DNA of 64,000 nt from the human T2T-CHM13v2.0 reference genome, Homo sapiens: assembly GCF_009914755.1 (NCBI RefSeq), contig NC_060929.1, one strand, 5' to 3'. This document shows, in pieces, positions 45,101 to 61,594 of this stretch. How positions within the stretch are numbered: the first letter of the stretch is position 1; each line of letters starts with the position of its first letter. The notes below the pieces were generated by a model. It saw only the letters and a program-made list of their open reading frames with translations, searched no databases and was not told the DNA's origin. The position numbers were made by a program, and so were the translations under genes.

Positions 45101-47993
45101 TCAGAGACTATTATGAACACTTCTATACACACAAACTAGAAAACTTAGAAGGGGATAAATTCCTTCAAACATACGATATCCCAAGTGTGAGCCAGGAAGA
45201 AATTGAAACCCCATGCTCATCAGTAATGAGTATGAAAATTGAATCAGTAATAAAAAGCCTACCAACCTGAAAAAAATTCCTGGACTAGACGATTCACAGC
45301 TAAATTCTACCCATTGTATAAAGAAGGGCTGGAACAATCCTACTGAAACAATTCCAAAAACAAATGAAGAGGAATAGGGACTTCTTCCTAACTTATTCTG
45401 AGGCCAGCATTATTCTTGTACCAAAATCTGGCAGAGACACAACAAAAAAGGAAAACTTCAGGCCAATATCTCTGATGAACACAGTTGCAAAAAGCCTGAA
45501 CAAAATACTTGCAAACCAAATGCAGCAGCACTACTAAAAACTAATCTATCATGATCAAATAGGCTTTATTCCTGGGATGCAAGTTTTGTTTAATATATGC
45601 AAATCAATAAATATAATATATCACATAAAGAGAACTAAAAGCAAAAACCATAATATATCTTAATAGATGAGAAAAAGATTTTAGAGAAATTCAAACATTT
45701 CTTCATGTTAAAACCCTCAGCAAACAAGACATTGAAGGGACATACCTCTAAAAAATAAGAATCACCTGTGACAAATCCACAACCAATATCATACTGAATA
45801 AGGAATCCAATAAAATGAACTGAAACCACTCCCCTTGAGAACTAAAACATGACAAGAATGCGCACTGTAACCACTCCTATGCAACATAGTACTGGAAGTT
45901 CCAGGCAGACCAATCAGACAAGAGAAAGAAATAGAAGATATCCAAATAGGAAGAAAGGAATTCAAACTATCTCTCTTCACAGATGATATGATGTTATGCC
46001 TAGAAAACCCCATAGTCTCTGCCCAAAAGCTCTTAGATCTGATAAACAACTTCAGAAAAATTTCAGGATACAAAATAATTACTCAAAAAACAGTATTATT
46101 ACAATATACCAACAACATCCAAGCTGAAAGCCTAATCAACAATACAATCCCATTTACAATAGCCATAGAAAAAAATTAAATACCTGGGAATGCAGCTAGT
46201 CAGGGAAGTTAAAGATCTCTATAAGACTTACAAAATATTGCTGAAAGAACTCAGACATGACACAATCAAATGAGAAAGCAGTCCATGATCGTGGACAAGA
46301 AGAATCAACATTGTTACAATGGTCATATTGCCCAAAGAAATTTGCAATTCAGTGCTATTCCTGTAAAACTACCAATGTCATTTTTCACAGAATTAGAAAA
46401 AACTACTCTAAAGTTCGCAAGGAACCAAAAAAAAAAACTTGAATAGCCCAAGCAGTCCTAAGCAAAAAGAACAAAGCCAGAGGTAGCACACTGTCTGACT
46501 TCAAATTATGCTACAAGGTTACAGAAAAAAAAAAAAATCATGGTAGTGGTATAAAAACAGCCATGCAGATCAATGGAATAGGATAGAGAACACAGAGATA
46601 GAGCCTCACATCTACAACCATCTGAACTTTGACAAAGTTGAGAAAAACAAGTAATGGAGAAAGGACTCCCTATTCAATAAACGGTTCTGGCTAGCCATAT
46701 GCAGAAGACTGAAACCGGATCCCTACCTTTCAACATATATAAATACCAATTCATGATGGATTAAAAAAAAATCTGACATGTAAAACCTCAAACTATAGGT
46801 ATAGAGTTTATATAGTTTTATAGTTTACGTAAAACCATAAAAACCCCAGAAGGAAACCTAGGAGATACCATTCTGGACATAGGCTCTGATAAGGATTTCA
46901 TAACAAAGACCCCAAAAGCAATTGCAACAAAATCAAAAAGTGACAAATGTGATCTAAATAAACTAAAGAGCTCTGCACAGCAAAAGAAACTATCAACAAA
47001 ATACATAGAAAGCCTACAGAATGGTTGAAAATATTTGCAAACTATGGATCTGACAAAGGCCTAATATCCAGAGACTATAAAGGAATTTAAATGATTGAAC
47101 AAGCAAAAAGCAAATAACCCCATTAAAAAGTGAGCTGAGTATATGAGCAGAAAATTCTCAAAAGAAGACATGCATGTGGCCAAGAAGCATACAAAAAAGT
47201 GCTCAACATCACTGATTATTAGAGAAACACAAATCAAAATCACAATGAGCTACCATCTCACACCAAACAGAATGGCTATTATTAAAAAAACAAAACAAAA
47301 CAAAACAAAAACAATAACAGATACTGGTGAGGTTGTGGAGAAAGGGAAATGCTTTTACACTGCTAGTGGGATTCTAAGTTAGTTCAGCCACAGTGTGTGG
47401 GAAAGCAGTTTGGAGATTTCTCAAAGAACTTAACACAGAACTACCATTCGACCCAGAAATTCCATTACTGGCTATATACCCAAGGGAATATGAATCATTT
47501 TACCGTAAAGACACATACATGCACATGTTCATTGCAGCACTATTCACACTAGCAAAGACAAGGAATCTACCTAAATGCCCATTAATTGTAGACTGAATAA
47601 AGAAAATGTGGTACATATGCACCATGGAATACTATGCAGCCATAAAAAGAGCAAGATCATGTCCTTTGCAGCAACATGGATAGAGCTGAAGGCTACTCTC
47701 CTATGTGAACTAATGCAGGAACAGAAAACCAAACACCGCATGTTCTTACTTTTAAGTGGGAGCTAAACAGTGAGTACACATGGACATGAAGAAGGGAAAC
47801 ATAAACACAAAGGCCTACTTGAGGTTGGAGGGTGGGAGAAGAGTGAAGTTTGAAAAACGATCTAATGTGTACTACACTTGTTAACTGTGTGATGAAATAA
47901 TCTGTACATCAAACCCCTGTTAACATGCAGTTTACCCATGTATCAAAGCTGCCATGTACCTCGATTCTATAATAAATGTTGGAAAGGAAAAAA
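42188..47993 (+). mobile_element. Near full-length L1 (L1PA15/16-like), ORF1 and ORF2 both disabled
   Basis: GC-richer 5' UTR; ORF1 start at 42633 (MRKNQCKNYGNSKSQS); EN peptide IKKDKEGHYIMLK..YAPNTGAPRFIK..VGDFN; RT region ctcttcacagatgatatg (LFTDDM); ORF2 C-terminus; 3' UTR and A tail. Nested in an older L1M. Confidence 0.93.
44322..44712. repeat. Inverted repeat, ~153-bp arms (44322-44474 and 44560-44712), ~85-bp spacer
   Basis: The right arm is the reverse complement of the left; the ORF track shows near-identical peptides on opposite strands (MRDHVSNAFYLY..QDCGWYDF / MRGHVSNTFYLY..QDCGWYDF). Confidence 0.93.
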
Positions 47994-47994
47994 C

Positions 47995-49930
47995 AATTCT
48001 TACCATTATATAGACACATCAAGTCTAGCAGTATGTAAAAAGAATTATGCATCATAGCTAATTGAATTTTATCCCAGAAATGAAAGGCTGGTTACCAGTT
48101 GGAAATAACAAATCCAAAAATATTTAAAAAGTAATGTAACAATGCTTTTAATTTGATTATAAAAGAAAAAAACAATTAAAAATGTCAGATGCTTAATAAA
48201 ACTCTTCACAGACACAATATGTTAATATTCAAAAGCTTGTAAAACACTGCTCGATGTCACTAGTCTTCAAGAAATAGAAGTTAGAACTTCAACAAACTAC
48301 AACTTCACAGTATAGGAGTGATAAAAATTAAAACAGCTGAAAATATTAATGACTCAGGCATTGTTACTGAGAATGCAAAATGGGATAACCACACTGCAGA
48401 TGAGTTGGGGAGTTTCTTATAAAGCTAATATACACTTACAATACGGTTACAAACCATCACGCTTTTTGACATCTCTTCATTATAAATGAAGGCATCTGAC
48501 CACAAAATGACTTTTGATTAATGTATTTTAATAGCATTATTCATATAGTCTAAAACTAGAAACAATCCAAACATTAACAGGTGAATGGGCAATTAAAATG
48601 CAGTATATCTGTACAGTGGATTACTATTCAGCCACAGCAAGGGAAAACTACTAATACACACAGAAACATGGATGAACCTCAAAAATGTCATGGTAATTGA
48701 AAAAAAATACAAAAGATGACATACCTCTTGACTCTGTGAATATAAATTTCCAAACAAAATAAACCTACAGTGATAGAAAGCAGATTAGTGTTTGCCTGGA
48801 CTGTAGATATTTGGATTGAGCTGACTGCAATGGAGAATGAGGAAACTCGACGGGGTGATACAATTGATATACCTTAAGTATGATTTTGATTACATGATTT
48901 TATTAACTGACCAAGACTTAAGATGTAAATTTTAAGTGATTTAATTTTATGTAAATTTTGTTCAAATAAATATGTTAAAATCACTAGATTTTAAAAAGGA
49001 TATGTTGAACTACACAAAATTTAAGAATTAAGTAAAAGACAACATTAATAAAGTGAGTATGTAAGACAAGTCACAGACTGGTAGGTTTCTCAATAGCCAT
49101 ATATGAAATCAACATTGTATCCATAATAGGTAAATCATTCATACAAATCAATAAGAAAAAAACAGTCAGTCTAATAAATATTTTAGGGGGCATTTGTTAA
49201 AAAAGAATTTACAAATGTTCTGTCAGTGAAATATACTTGACATTATCTGTGATCAGAGATAGTCAAATTACAACCAAAATATTATTCTACTGTATTCCCC
49301 TCCCATCAAAATGCCTAAATTTTTTTTTTTTTTTGCAGGCAATCTGGGTGTTATGAAAGATGTAGACCAACAGAAACACTCATACCTCCTTTCTGGTGAC
49401 AATAAAACTTTGTACATTTATTTTGGAAAACCCTATTTTAGTGCCTTATAAAATTGAGCATTAGATAATTATGGCCCAGATGCTCCAACGAGAAGTGTAT
49501 ACTTAAGAGATGAATGCCTGTGTGCACCAGAAGACATGCACAGACAGGCATGATTATAACAACTTTATTCATAACAGACCTGAATTGCATCAAATGTTCA
49601 ACAAATGAATAGATAAACAAATTATGCTATATATTAATAGGAAGGAATACTACTCAAAAAAAATAGGCAAACTGCAGACAACATTTTAAAATATATTGAG
49701 TTAAAGAAATGAGATACAGAAAAGTACATACTGCATGATACAATTTATATGAAATTCAAAGACAAGCAAATGAATCTATGGTGATAGATCTGGAAGTCAG
49801 TAACTGAAAAAGAGCATGAAAGGATCTTGGGTCAGGGCAATGCTAGGTGTCTTGAGAAACATAGTAATTTCCTTGGTGTATAGAATTGTAATATATCATC
49901 AAGCTCAAGAATATGTCTTATTCAATAACA
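47995..49930 (+). mobile_element. Old L1M (MC/ME) fragments, two 3' ends
   Basis: gaatttatcccagaaatg-like, aaactagaaacaatccaa, catggatgaacctcaaaa, atctatggtgataga motifs. Confidence 0.65.
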
Positions 49931-52484
49931 ATAACAAAACAAGTAAAAAAACTATGTGTTAAAAGACTATGTATAGGTTTAAGAAAATTACTCTGTATGA
50001 GAAAATAGACCTTTTATCCAACTTAACACTTTCCCCCAAAAAGGATAAAGTAAGAAAGGAAATAGAAAGCCTTTTAAAAACTTTCATCCCTGAACCTAAC
50101 ATTCAAAATTGATAAGATTATATTTATATAGAATATGTTCTGAAAACAGATATATTTAAGTATCTGATTTTTTATTTATGAGGTAGTCAGATTAAAATTT
50201 GACAAATGTAAAAATTTACTATAAAATAGAAATGTATCATAAGTGTATTATAGATTTTATCAAAAATATTACTACCATTTTAGAGGAACTCTGTTGAATC
50301 AGGAAGTAATTAAGCTTTTTTCTATATTTTCTGGTGTTCACTTGCTTTGATTGAAAGCTAACAATTCATATTCATTTCCTTTCATTAGTTTTAGATACAT
50401 CTATTAATTTATAATTTTTTCTATGCAACCAATAGGTCCTATAAAAATTTATTTTTGTTAATGTTACATTAGAGAACATTAAATATAAATTATTTTAAAA
50501 GCCTTCCCTTTTGAATGCTTTCTATAATTATCATTTACATAGTGATCACTTTGTCATTCAAATAAATTAAGAGTCATAAAGATTGCCTTTAAAGAAGAAT
50601 TGTCAAATTGGTTCCAATAGATATGATTCATATTTTGAATCTTTGAGAAATGGTTAGAAATAAAAATAAGGTAAAAGACATACTTTCAACCTCATTGCCA
50701 TATATTTCATGAACTGTAAGAGAACAAATTTATTGGGGCTATAGGCAACTTAAATAAATATATAACAAAAAATGACTCATTGAAGAAATGCGTAATAGAC
50801 GCTTTGAATTGAACCACGACTAATGCATTTATTCACAGAATAATTTGTTTGAAATGGCCTTTATATTGGGCAAGAGGAAAGTCTATTTATGAATGCGAAA
50901 ACCTAAAACTGTTCAATAAATTATCAGCTTCATTTTGTAATTCCATAGTTGGCTTCTTTCTCTTCTATTCTTTTAATTCAATACAAATTTTGACTTTGGA
51001 AGAAATATTAACCTTAGTTTGATTGATAATTTGAAACACTATATTCAAGGAAACACTGAGAAATGTAATACTATAGTCGTTTTTTTTTTTTTTCTGGATT
51101 CTTTGTGACAGAAAGATAAAGATAAAGGAAAATAAATTACTAGGGGAGGTGAATAATAACCTTGTCAAAATGAACATGGGAAATGAAGATACTTGTAAAG
51201 TTGTGCTTTTATTTGAATTATGTATATAAAAACGAAAGATGAATTTCTTACAAATGGTTTATTTTTAACACATGAAGTGAAAATTCTATAATTTACACTT
51301 TATATAAACAAGTAGAGCCCATTATTGCCTGCATTTGTGCACTATTTCCAGTAGGAAAAGAACAAGAACACACTTGCAATTTAGAAATCCTGTAAGGAAA
51401 TAAAATTTGAGGGCAAAACTTAGGGAAATCTCATTGTGAGCTATGGTAATAGCATTTTTTTCTGACAAATCTAAAGTATCTCAAAGGAATGATGAAATCA
51501 CACACACTTGTTTCTACTAGATCACGGATTACAATTTTTGTCAGCATATGATGGGGATGAAGTGGTTTAATATAAGAGGGAGCACGATGATGTCGGGCTG
51601 AAAGAACCTAACCGAGGAGGCTTAGTCTGCAGCACACTTGAGACAGTGTCATGGGAAGTACTCTGAAAGAGTTGTGTGAACTTGATAGGAGAACCAGTTT
51701 CACGCTCTCAGCTTGATAGAGGTTAAGACTTTCTGGATTCTGCAGTTACATTTTTGTAGGTATTTTAGATACTAGATATGTAAAATAGTTATACGGCAGT
51801 AAAATTTGTTTTTCTTATTTCTCTCTTTCTTCATACCTGTAATGAAAGGCATATGGAGTTTGTATTTTAAATTTTTGGAATTAAAAGAAATTGGTGATTC
51901 ACCAGCATGCTTAACTTTCATGGATAAATACTGTAATTTGTCTGTAAGGTGTATTCTGTTCACCCACACACTAATTAAAAAGATTTAGAGACTGTTTTTC
52001 ATAATCTTAGCTTTCACACACCCTATGCATGAAAATTTATTTTTCATACTTCAGAAGTAAATTGAACTGTATGAGTAGGTAAATAGTTCTTCCATAAGCA
52101 TTTCCTGTCAGGAAATCGAGACTAAAGAGTGGACTGAGGCTGAAGGATGTACAGGTCTCATGCTCTTTTGAAATCACACTGAAGAAATGCTATACATTTG
52201 TCTTGGAAAAGTACTACCGAGGCATTGCCGCTGCTTCAGTTAAATAAGTGATACACTGGGGATCGTACTTTCTAGATCAATTCAGAACGTAAAAATTTGC
52301 CTTCCAGGTTTATTGATATAATTAATATGTTGCTAAATAGAGAGACAATTTAGGCAAGATTCTTAGACATAATTCAGATCAGACTACTTTGAGTATCTAA
52401 ACAGGCCATTGAGACTTCTTCCCAATAAACAGCATTCATTTACACATCTGAGCATATATATAAGCTCAGGTGTTTTACAAACTC

Positions 52485-53275
52485 TGCATTTAATAGCCAG
52501 AGTTCTCCAGGAGTAACAGAACGAATAGGATGTGCATAGATGTAGACATTGATATACATAGACATTGATTTATTTTAAGTAATTGGTTTACGTGATTATA
52601 GAGGCTGGCAAGTCCAAAATCTGCAAGGTGGGCAGACACTGTCAGGCCACCCCAGTAGAAATGATGTTGCAGTAGAAGTCTGAAGTCCATCTGCTTGCAG
52701 AATTCCTTCTTGCTCATGGGACGTCAGTCTTTTTGTTCTATTCAGGCTTTCAGATGATTGCATGAGGCTTACCCACATTATGGAGCGCAATCTGCTTCAC
52801 TTAAATCTACTGATTTAAATGTTAATCTCACTTAAAAATGCCCTTACAGAAGCCTACAGAATGTTTGTCCAAATATTTGAGCATTGTGGTCCCAATGCAC
52901 TGACACATAAAATTAACCATCACAAGTCCACCCCTTGTCCTTCTGGCATCCATATGCATCTCCTTAAACCATATTTAATCTCTAAAAAAGGACAATAACA
53001 AGGTCATACTTCCACTTAACATGAGACAACCGGCCTGCATACAACTGAAAATGCACTAGCAATACCTAAATACTATGATTTAAATCAATACACATTGTGT
53101 TACACAATAAGGGAAGAATAGCGGAAGTAAAGCAATGTTTGCTTAATATACGTACACAAACAATTGTAACTGGTTACTTGGTGTAGCTGATATTTCTAAA
53201 TACATTCTTCCACTACTGTATTCCTTCTTCCATTCTGTATTCCTTTTCCCCTCAGCAAACCCCTCAGCTGATTGT
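52485..53275 (-). mobile_element. MLT2 (C/D-like) 3' LTR (to 52924) with adjoining ERVL internal 3' end
   Basis: gagttctccag..acagaacgaatagga..aaaattaaccatcaca followed by agtccacccct (polypurine tract aggggtggact on the minus strand). Confidence 0.85.
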
Positions 53276-53948
53276 ATAACGTAATGCTAGATAAGCTATT
53301 TCTCAGTTCTCTCAGAAAAATAAGTGATGTCTCCCTGCTAATAATAGTATAAAATGATAATGAATATAGGCCACATAAGGACATGTTTCCTGCTCTCATT
53401 CAGCCTTCTGAGTAATTGTAAAATTAAACATTAAACACATAAACATATATATAACTACACAATTAAAGTGTTCTTAATAAAAATAAAATGAAGTGCCTAA
53501 TTAAATGGAGAGTTAGGGAACACTCAGTCAATAACACTTAAGATGAAATAGGAGTTGAATGGGAATTAGGTAAAGAGTTAAGAAGGAAAACATTATTAGT
53601 AAAGTGAGCCACATAAAGGAAGATCTTATTACAGAAAACACTTTATCACATTCTAGAAACTGTTATATTTGTATGCATGTATATATATGGAAGCTAGCAA
53701 AGAAAGAGAGAAGAATACTTTGGGATGATGTTGGAGAAGTAGACAAGGGCCAAATATTGCTGGACCCTGAGATTCAGTTTGAATAATGGAGTTTTAATAA
53801 TTAAATAATGCAAGAAAAGCCACTGAGGATTTTTAAGCTGAGGGAAGAAAGTGTAGGCCACATATCACTCTGGCTATCATGTGGGAAAATGGAATTTGTT
53901 AAGGAAGACAGTAAAACGATTCTATTAGTTAAGATAATGCTAGCTGGT

Positions 53949-54675
<727 letters not shown>

Positions 54676-54957
54676 CCAGGTATTAATTAAAACTATCTGT
54701 GAATAAACACAAAAACAAATTTGTTTCTAAAATAACCATTTAATGTGGTTGTTCCTGGTTCACAGTTTTCCTACTAGTGTTGATTCAGAATCCAGATTTT
54801 TTTTTATTGTGTGCAATATAATTCCCTAATGTAGTTCACAAAGAAGTCACCACTTCTGAAGCTTGAGGCCCCATCCACAGAGAGTTTTCTTTGCTAGTTT
54901 GTTTGTTTTGTTTTTATTTCTAGTAGATTTGATTGGCAATGAAGAATTTGCATTTCT

Positions 54958-56578
<1,621 letters not shown>

Positions 56579-56614
56579 CATCAAATGTACTGCAATTGTT
56601 TTCCCTAGAAGGAT

Positions 56615-56785
56615 TCAAAGATTCATAGAGGGCATGCATCAGAACAATCTAGAGTACACGAAAGAGGCAAAATTCCACAGCCCCAGTCTTGTTCTACTGA
56701 ATTATAATGTCTGGTAGTACAGGCTAAGATATTGCATTTCTAACAATCTCCCCATGTACTTGTGTGCCTTAAAATATTAGATGAA
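56615..56785. mobile_element. MER5-like hAT remnant
   Basis: gcatgcatcagaa..ctactgaatta..ttgcatttctaacaatctcccc. Confidence 0.5.
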
Positions 56786-57798
56786 GTAGGCTAAGTCACA
56801 GGGAAGTGGTACAGATTCAAATAAAAAGAATGCATACTTATTTTGAAACAAGCAATTATATCAAGATTTCAAAGAATAACTAATTTCTCACTTAGCACTG
56901 CTTCAAAGTAGACTCATGTTTATTATCTATTAGGTGAAAATATTTGAGGGCGGTATCAGTCTCATCAATACGCAGGTCATAGAGATTGTAAGCATTCTCA
57001 CCTTTTGTACATTTTTTGAGATTATGGAAATTTACAGTTTATGTAACAAAAAATAGAAAAAAAAATAAAGCTCAGTAATATTTCAAATTGACCACTGTTG
57101 GACAGGTAGAGAAAATAAGGCACAAAAACCATAAGTAGATAAAAATAAACATACGACTGTATCTTTACAAGGAATAACTTGCCATATGTTATTGTATCCT
57201 TTCTGAGGTACAAATGCATATTGACAGAAGACAGTAGTTTACTCCTTTAATACTGTACAGTCTATAAAACAAAACTTCACGGAATTGAAAAATGGTCTCA
57301 TTCACTAATATTAAGAATTAGAATAAGTCCCCAGCTATCTTTGTTTTAACTTTAACAATTATATTAATTCCAGATTACTTTATAGTACAAAAGTTGTATG
57401 CAGTTCCAGGCTATCTAAGCAGTCTTGGAGTTTAGTTTATTTTGTTGTTGTTGTTGTTGTCTGTTTGTTTTTAATATGATCACCTTTACTTTTCCTAAAT
57501 CTGGAAGAGAAATGCACAAAGTTGTAGTGGGCCTTGTATCTTATGCTTGTGGAAATTACTGTTGAATGTCTAGTGTCCTCACTCGCCCTGCTTTAGTACC
57601 AGGCAATGCAATTCCATTGCATTCAAGAAATGCTGGAGAGACCTCGATCTCAGAGAAGGTAAAACCCCACCAGGGTCCCAGGTGATGAATCATACTTTGT
57701 CAAAGCAGTAATAATCCGACTCAATTTCATCGGTGCTTAGTCTAAGGATGTTCTTATAATTCAGTGCTAGTCATGAGAAAAAATCAGCTGAAGAATCT

Positions 57799-58211
57799 AG
57801 TATCAGTCCATTCTCCCACTGCTATAAAGAAATACGTGAGACTGGGTTACTTATAAATAAAAGAGGTTTAATTGGCTCTGCAGGCTGTCCAGGAAGCATG
57901 ATGCTGGCATCTGCTTAGCTTCTGGGGAGGCCTCAGGAAACTTACAATCATGGCAGAAGGCAAAGGCAGAGCTGGCACTTCACAGGGCTGGAGCAGCAAG
58001 GGCTGGGGGAGGTGCCATACAGTTTTAAGCAACCAGATCTCATAAGAACTCACTCACTATTATGAGAACAACACCAAGGGGGAATGGGGCTAAACTATTC
58101 ATGAGAACTGGACTCCATGATCCAATCACCTCCCACCAGGACCAACCTCCAACAGTGGGAATTACAATTCAACATGAAATTTGGGCTGGGACACAAATCC
58201 AAACCATATTA
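57799..58211 (-). mobile_element. MSTA-like solo LTR
   Basis: cagtccattctcccactgctataaagaaatac..ggggaggcctcaggaaacttacaatcatggc..ggacacaaatccaaaccatat. Confidence 0.9.
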
Positions 58212-59042
58212 GACTTTTATCACCTACTATGTAGACAAAACATAGGTTTTTCTTCTGTTCTCATGCCACAGTTATCAACACAAGAAGTTTCTGTGACTAA
58301 ATGTGTGGAGATTTCTCCCTATTCACAAGCAAGCAAGCAATTTTACAGCAGTTATCAGCTGGCAGCTCCTGATCCAGTTCAATTCTGATGCTGCCTACCT
58401 GAAGATTATGTCAGATCTCCGCAGCTTGAGAGCTCAGTCCCACAAGACTGCCCCCAGTTCCTTCACCAGTCACAAGTCCAGACCCTTGGAACTTCTGATC
58501 TATTGCTTCAAGTTGGAGTTCCCATGACCTTCTCTTTAGGCTCTATTAATTTGTTAAAGTGTCTCAGAAAACCCAGAAAAACATCTGTTTACATTTACCC
58601 TTTTATTATCAATAACATTTTAAAGGATACAAATAAACAGCCATATGGATAAATATATAGGGAGAGGTCTGGAAGGGTCCTGCGCACAGGAGCTTCTTTC
58701 TCACGGATTGGGGGCGTGCCACCCTCCTGGCACATATGTGAGCTCTTGTTCACCTTTCTGTAAGCCTTCACAAGTTCAGCTGTCCAGAAGCTCTCCATCC
58801 CCCATTCTCTTGGGCCTTTTAAGAAGACTTCCAGGGAGAGGTATGACTAAATTATGGACCACCATGTCAAAATGTGATTGGATGAAATGAGTGTGATCTA
58901 ATACTGAGTGGAAAACCCAGCAAGGCCTGTCTGCCCAGATTCTTCTTGGCCCTTCTGTGCAGCATTCTTTTCTATAGGACTTGGAGCAGGACCCCTCCTG
59001 AAATGGGGATCTTATGACCCAAAATAGGACAAAGTAGTTCAG

Positions 59043-59937
59043 TGTATTAGGGTTCTCCAGAGGGACAGAACTAATAGGATATATGTATGTATCCTATTAG
59101 TGAGATATGTATCTATATATCCTATATATATCCTATATATGAAAGGGAGTTTATAAAGGAGAATTTACTCAATCACAAGGTGAAGTCCCACGGTAGGCTG
59201 TCTGCAAGCTAAAGAGCTAAGAAGCCAGCACAAGTCCCAAAACTTCAGAAGTAGGGAGGCGGACAGTGCAGCCTTCAGTCTGTGGCTGCGGGCCTGAGAG
59301 CCCGCAGAAAACTGCTGGTGTGAGTCCAAGATTCCAAGGTCAAATAACCGTCTGACATCCAAGGGCAGGAAGAATGGACAGAAGCATACAGCACAGGGCG
59401 TGGTGTGGTGGCTCATGCCTGCAATCCCAGCGCTTTGGGAGGCTGAGGCGAGCGGATCACCTGAGATCAGGAGTTTGAGACCAACCTGGCCAACATGGTG
59501 AAACCCCATTACTAATAAAATACAAAAATTAGCCCGCTGTGGTGGTGCATGTCTATTGTCCCAGCTACTAGGGAGGCTGAAGCAGGAGGATCACTTCAAC
59601 CTGGGAGGCAGAGGTTGCAGTGAGCCACGATTGCACCACTGCACTCCAGCCTGGGTGACAAACAAACAAACAAACGAAAAACGCATACAGCATGGGAGAA
59701 AGGTGAAAGCCAGAAGACTCAGCAAGCCAACTTATCTCACCTTCTGCCTGCTTTGTTCTAGCCGTGCTGGTAGCCAACTGGATGCTGCCCACCCACATTA
59801 AGAGTGGGTCTTCCCCTCACAGTCCACTGACTCAAATGTTAATCTCCTCTGGCAACACCCTCACAGACACAATACTTTACCAGCTATCTAGGCATCCTTC
59901 AATCCAATCAAGTTGACAACTAATATTAACCATCACA
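59043..59937 (-). mobile_element. MLT2A solo LTR (HERVL) hosting an Alu
   Basis: tgtattagggttctccagagggacagaactaatagg...aatattaaccatcaca. Confidence 0.9.
59397..59680 (+). mobile_element. AluS
   Basis: Dimer with (CAAA)n tail; TSD core gcatacagca. Confidence 0.92.
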
Positions 59938-60672
59938 CTAGAAGAATTTCTTTATGAGCAGCTCTAAGACACAAATTCAGGAGATTAGGGTGTATTTTTA
60001 GATTCTATGGCCTGCCTTGAGGAGAAAAAGGAACAGGTAAAAGAGGAGCAGGAGGAGGTCAGAGAGAGGTTCTGTTTTCTGAGATTGCTTCCGGGGCCTA
60101 ACGCATCCTAAGGTTATAAGCAAAGATCATCTTTCACCTTTATTGTTCTGAAGCTGTCCCAAAGCTGCTTCAGGACTGAAAAACAAAAGGCCAAATAGTT
60201 TAGCAAAAGATCTTCTTATTGTTTTAGTCACTTAGGAAATAATAGAGGCTACGGGAGTTATGAGCCAGGAACTGTGGATGAAACAAATATTTCTTTATCA
60301 TAATATTACACCTACTGAAAAAATACTTTGCACAGCAGCACTTCCGAGGTGCCCGTCTTTATGCCCTGCCCTTCCTTACTACCACAGGCACTAAAGTGAG
60401 GGTTTATAACCTATGCATTTTGAGTAACGGGTCAAAAAATTACAGAGATGTGATTGTCCCTTGCCATTGAAACCAAAAATGTCACCAACTTCCAGACTTT
60501 GTGTGAAGGGAATAATACATTTTCTTATGGTTTGTGACAGTGTTGGCTTTTTTGTGAAAAGGTTTATGAAATTTTATACTAGTACTAATATACTAACAAT
60601 GTTAATTCAAAGATTATCTGATCTGTTGTTCAGAATCTTAAAACTCCATGACTATGTAAAGATAGTAGGGCT

Positions 60673-60977
60673 GGCCCGGCGCGGTGGCTCACGCCTGTAA
60701 TCCCAGCACTTTGGGAGGCCGAGGTGGGTGGATCACGATGTCAGGAGATCGAGACCATTCTGGCTAACACGGTGAAACCCCGTCTCTACTAAAAATACAA
60801 AAAAAATAGCTGGGCGTGGTGGCGGGCGTCTGTAGTCCCAGCTACTCAGGAGGCTGAGGCAGGAGAATGGCGTGAACCCGGAAGGGGGAGCTTGCAGTGA
60901 GCCGAGATAGCGCCACTTCACTGCAGCCTGGGCGACAGAGCGAGACTCGTCTCAAAAAAAAAAAAAAAAAAAAAAAA
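60673..60977 (+). mobile_element. AluY
   Basis: gagatcgagaccatt, ggctaacacgg, gaatggcgtgaacccgg diagnostics; TSD aaagataRtaRggct. Confidence 0.97.
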
Positions 60978-61594
60978 GATAATAAGGCTGAGCACTTGGT
61001 CTCAAACTGGACATTTGGGGCTAAGGTCAGAAGAGAACCTGCCTAATGTAGTTAAGCTAGCCACGTATCATCAGCAGTCAGAGTTTAGCTAGATGGGGTT
61101 GTTTTTGTGGAGCAAACGCATTTTAATGCCAGCAAAGTTATGGAAATTTTTGGCTTCACTACATGAAGTCTATTAGGGAATTTTTCACTTGAAAATATTG
61201 GCTAGGTATTTAGCCTTTAATATGGAAGTTAGCCATCAACAAAATAAAATATAAAGCCCACTGCAGGCAGCATTCCTTGCCAAAAACATCTAATTTTTGT
61301 CATGGGACATGATCAACAATCTTTGGTTAGAGGGAATATTAATTATTTGGGACCACATCATGCAGAGATAATTTAGTCCTTCACAAAGCAACTTCTGTTG
61401 TTCTATATAAAGCCCTTTGGCAGCAATAATAGTTCCATTTCACACAATAAATTTGTGAATTGGAACCATATCTGAGCTGTCACTATCGCACCACATCATT
61501 TCAAGTATTTTTTAAGGCTAACATGACAGCGAAGATTATCCAAGGGGAGTTTTTGATGAAAATTGGATAGTAGCATCCATTATATATCTTGATC

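Larger units (their letters stand above)
58228..60310 (-). mobile_element. MER21-like LTR split by MLT2A
   Basis: ttctgtgactaaatgtgtggagatttctcc, ctcagtcccacaagactgcccc, gccaggaactgtggatgaaac..aatattaca; apparent TSD CCTAC. Confidence 0.78.

Noticed and set aside
43945-47766. L1 ORF2 peptides as an active retrotransposon
   Set aside because: Many stops, frameshifts and an internal inverted duplication.
51575-51605. gatgatg...ctga as C/D-box snoRNA motifs
   Set aside because: Imperfect C box, spacing far too short, no terminal stem.
57605-57625. Short hairpin aatgcaattccattgcatt
   Set aside because: Too short to distinguish from chance.
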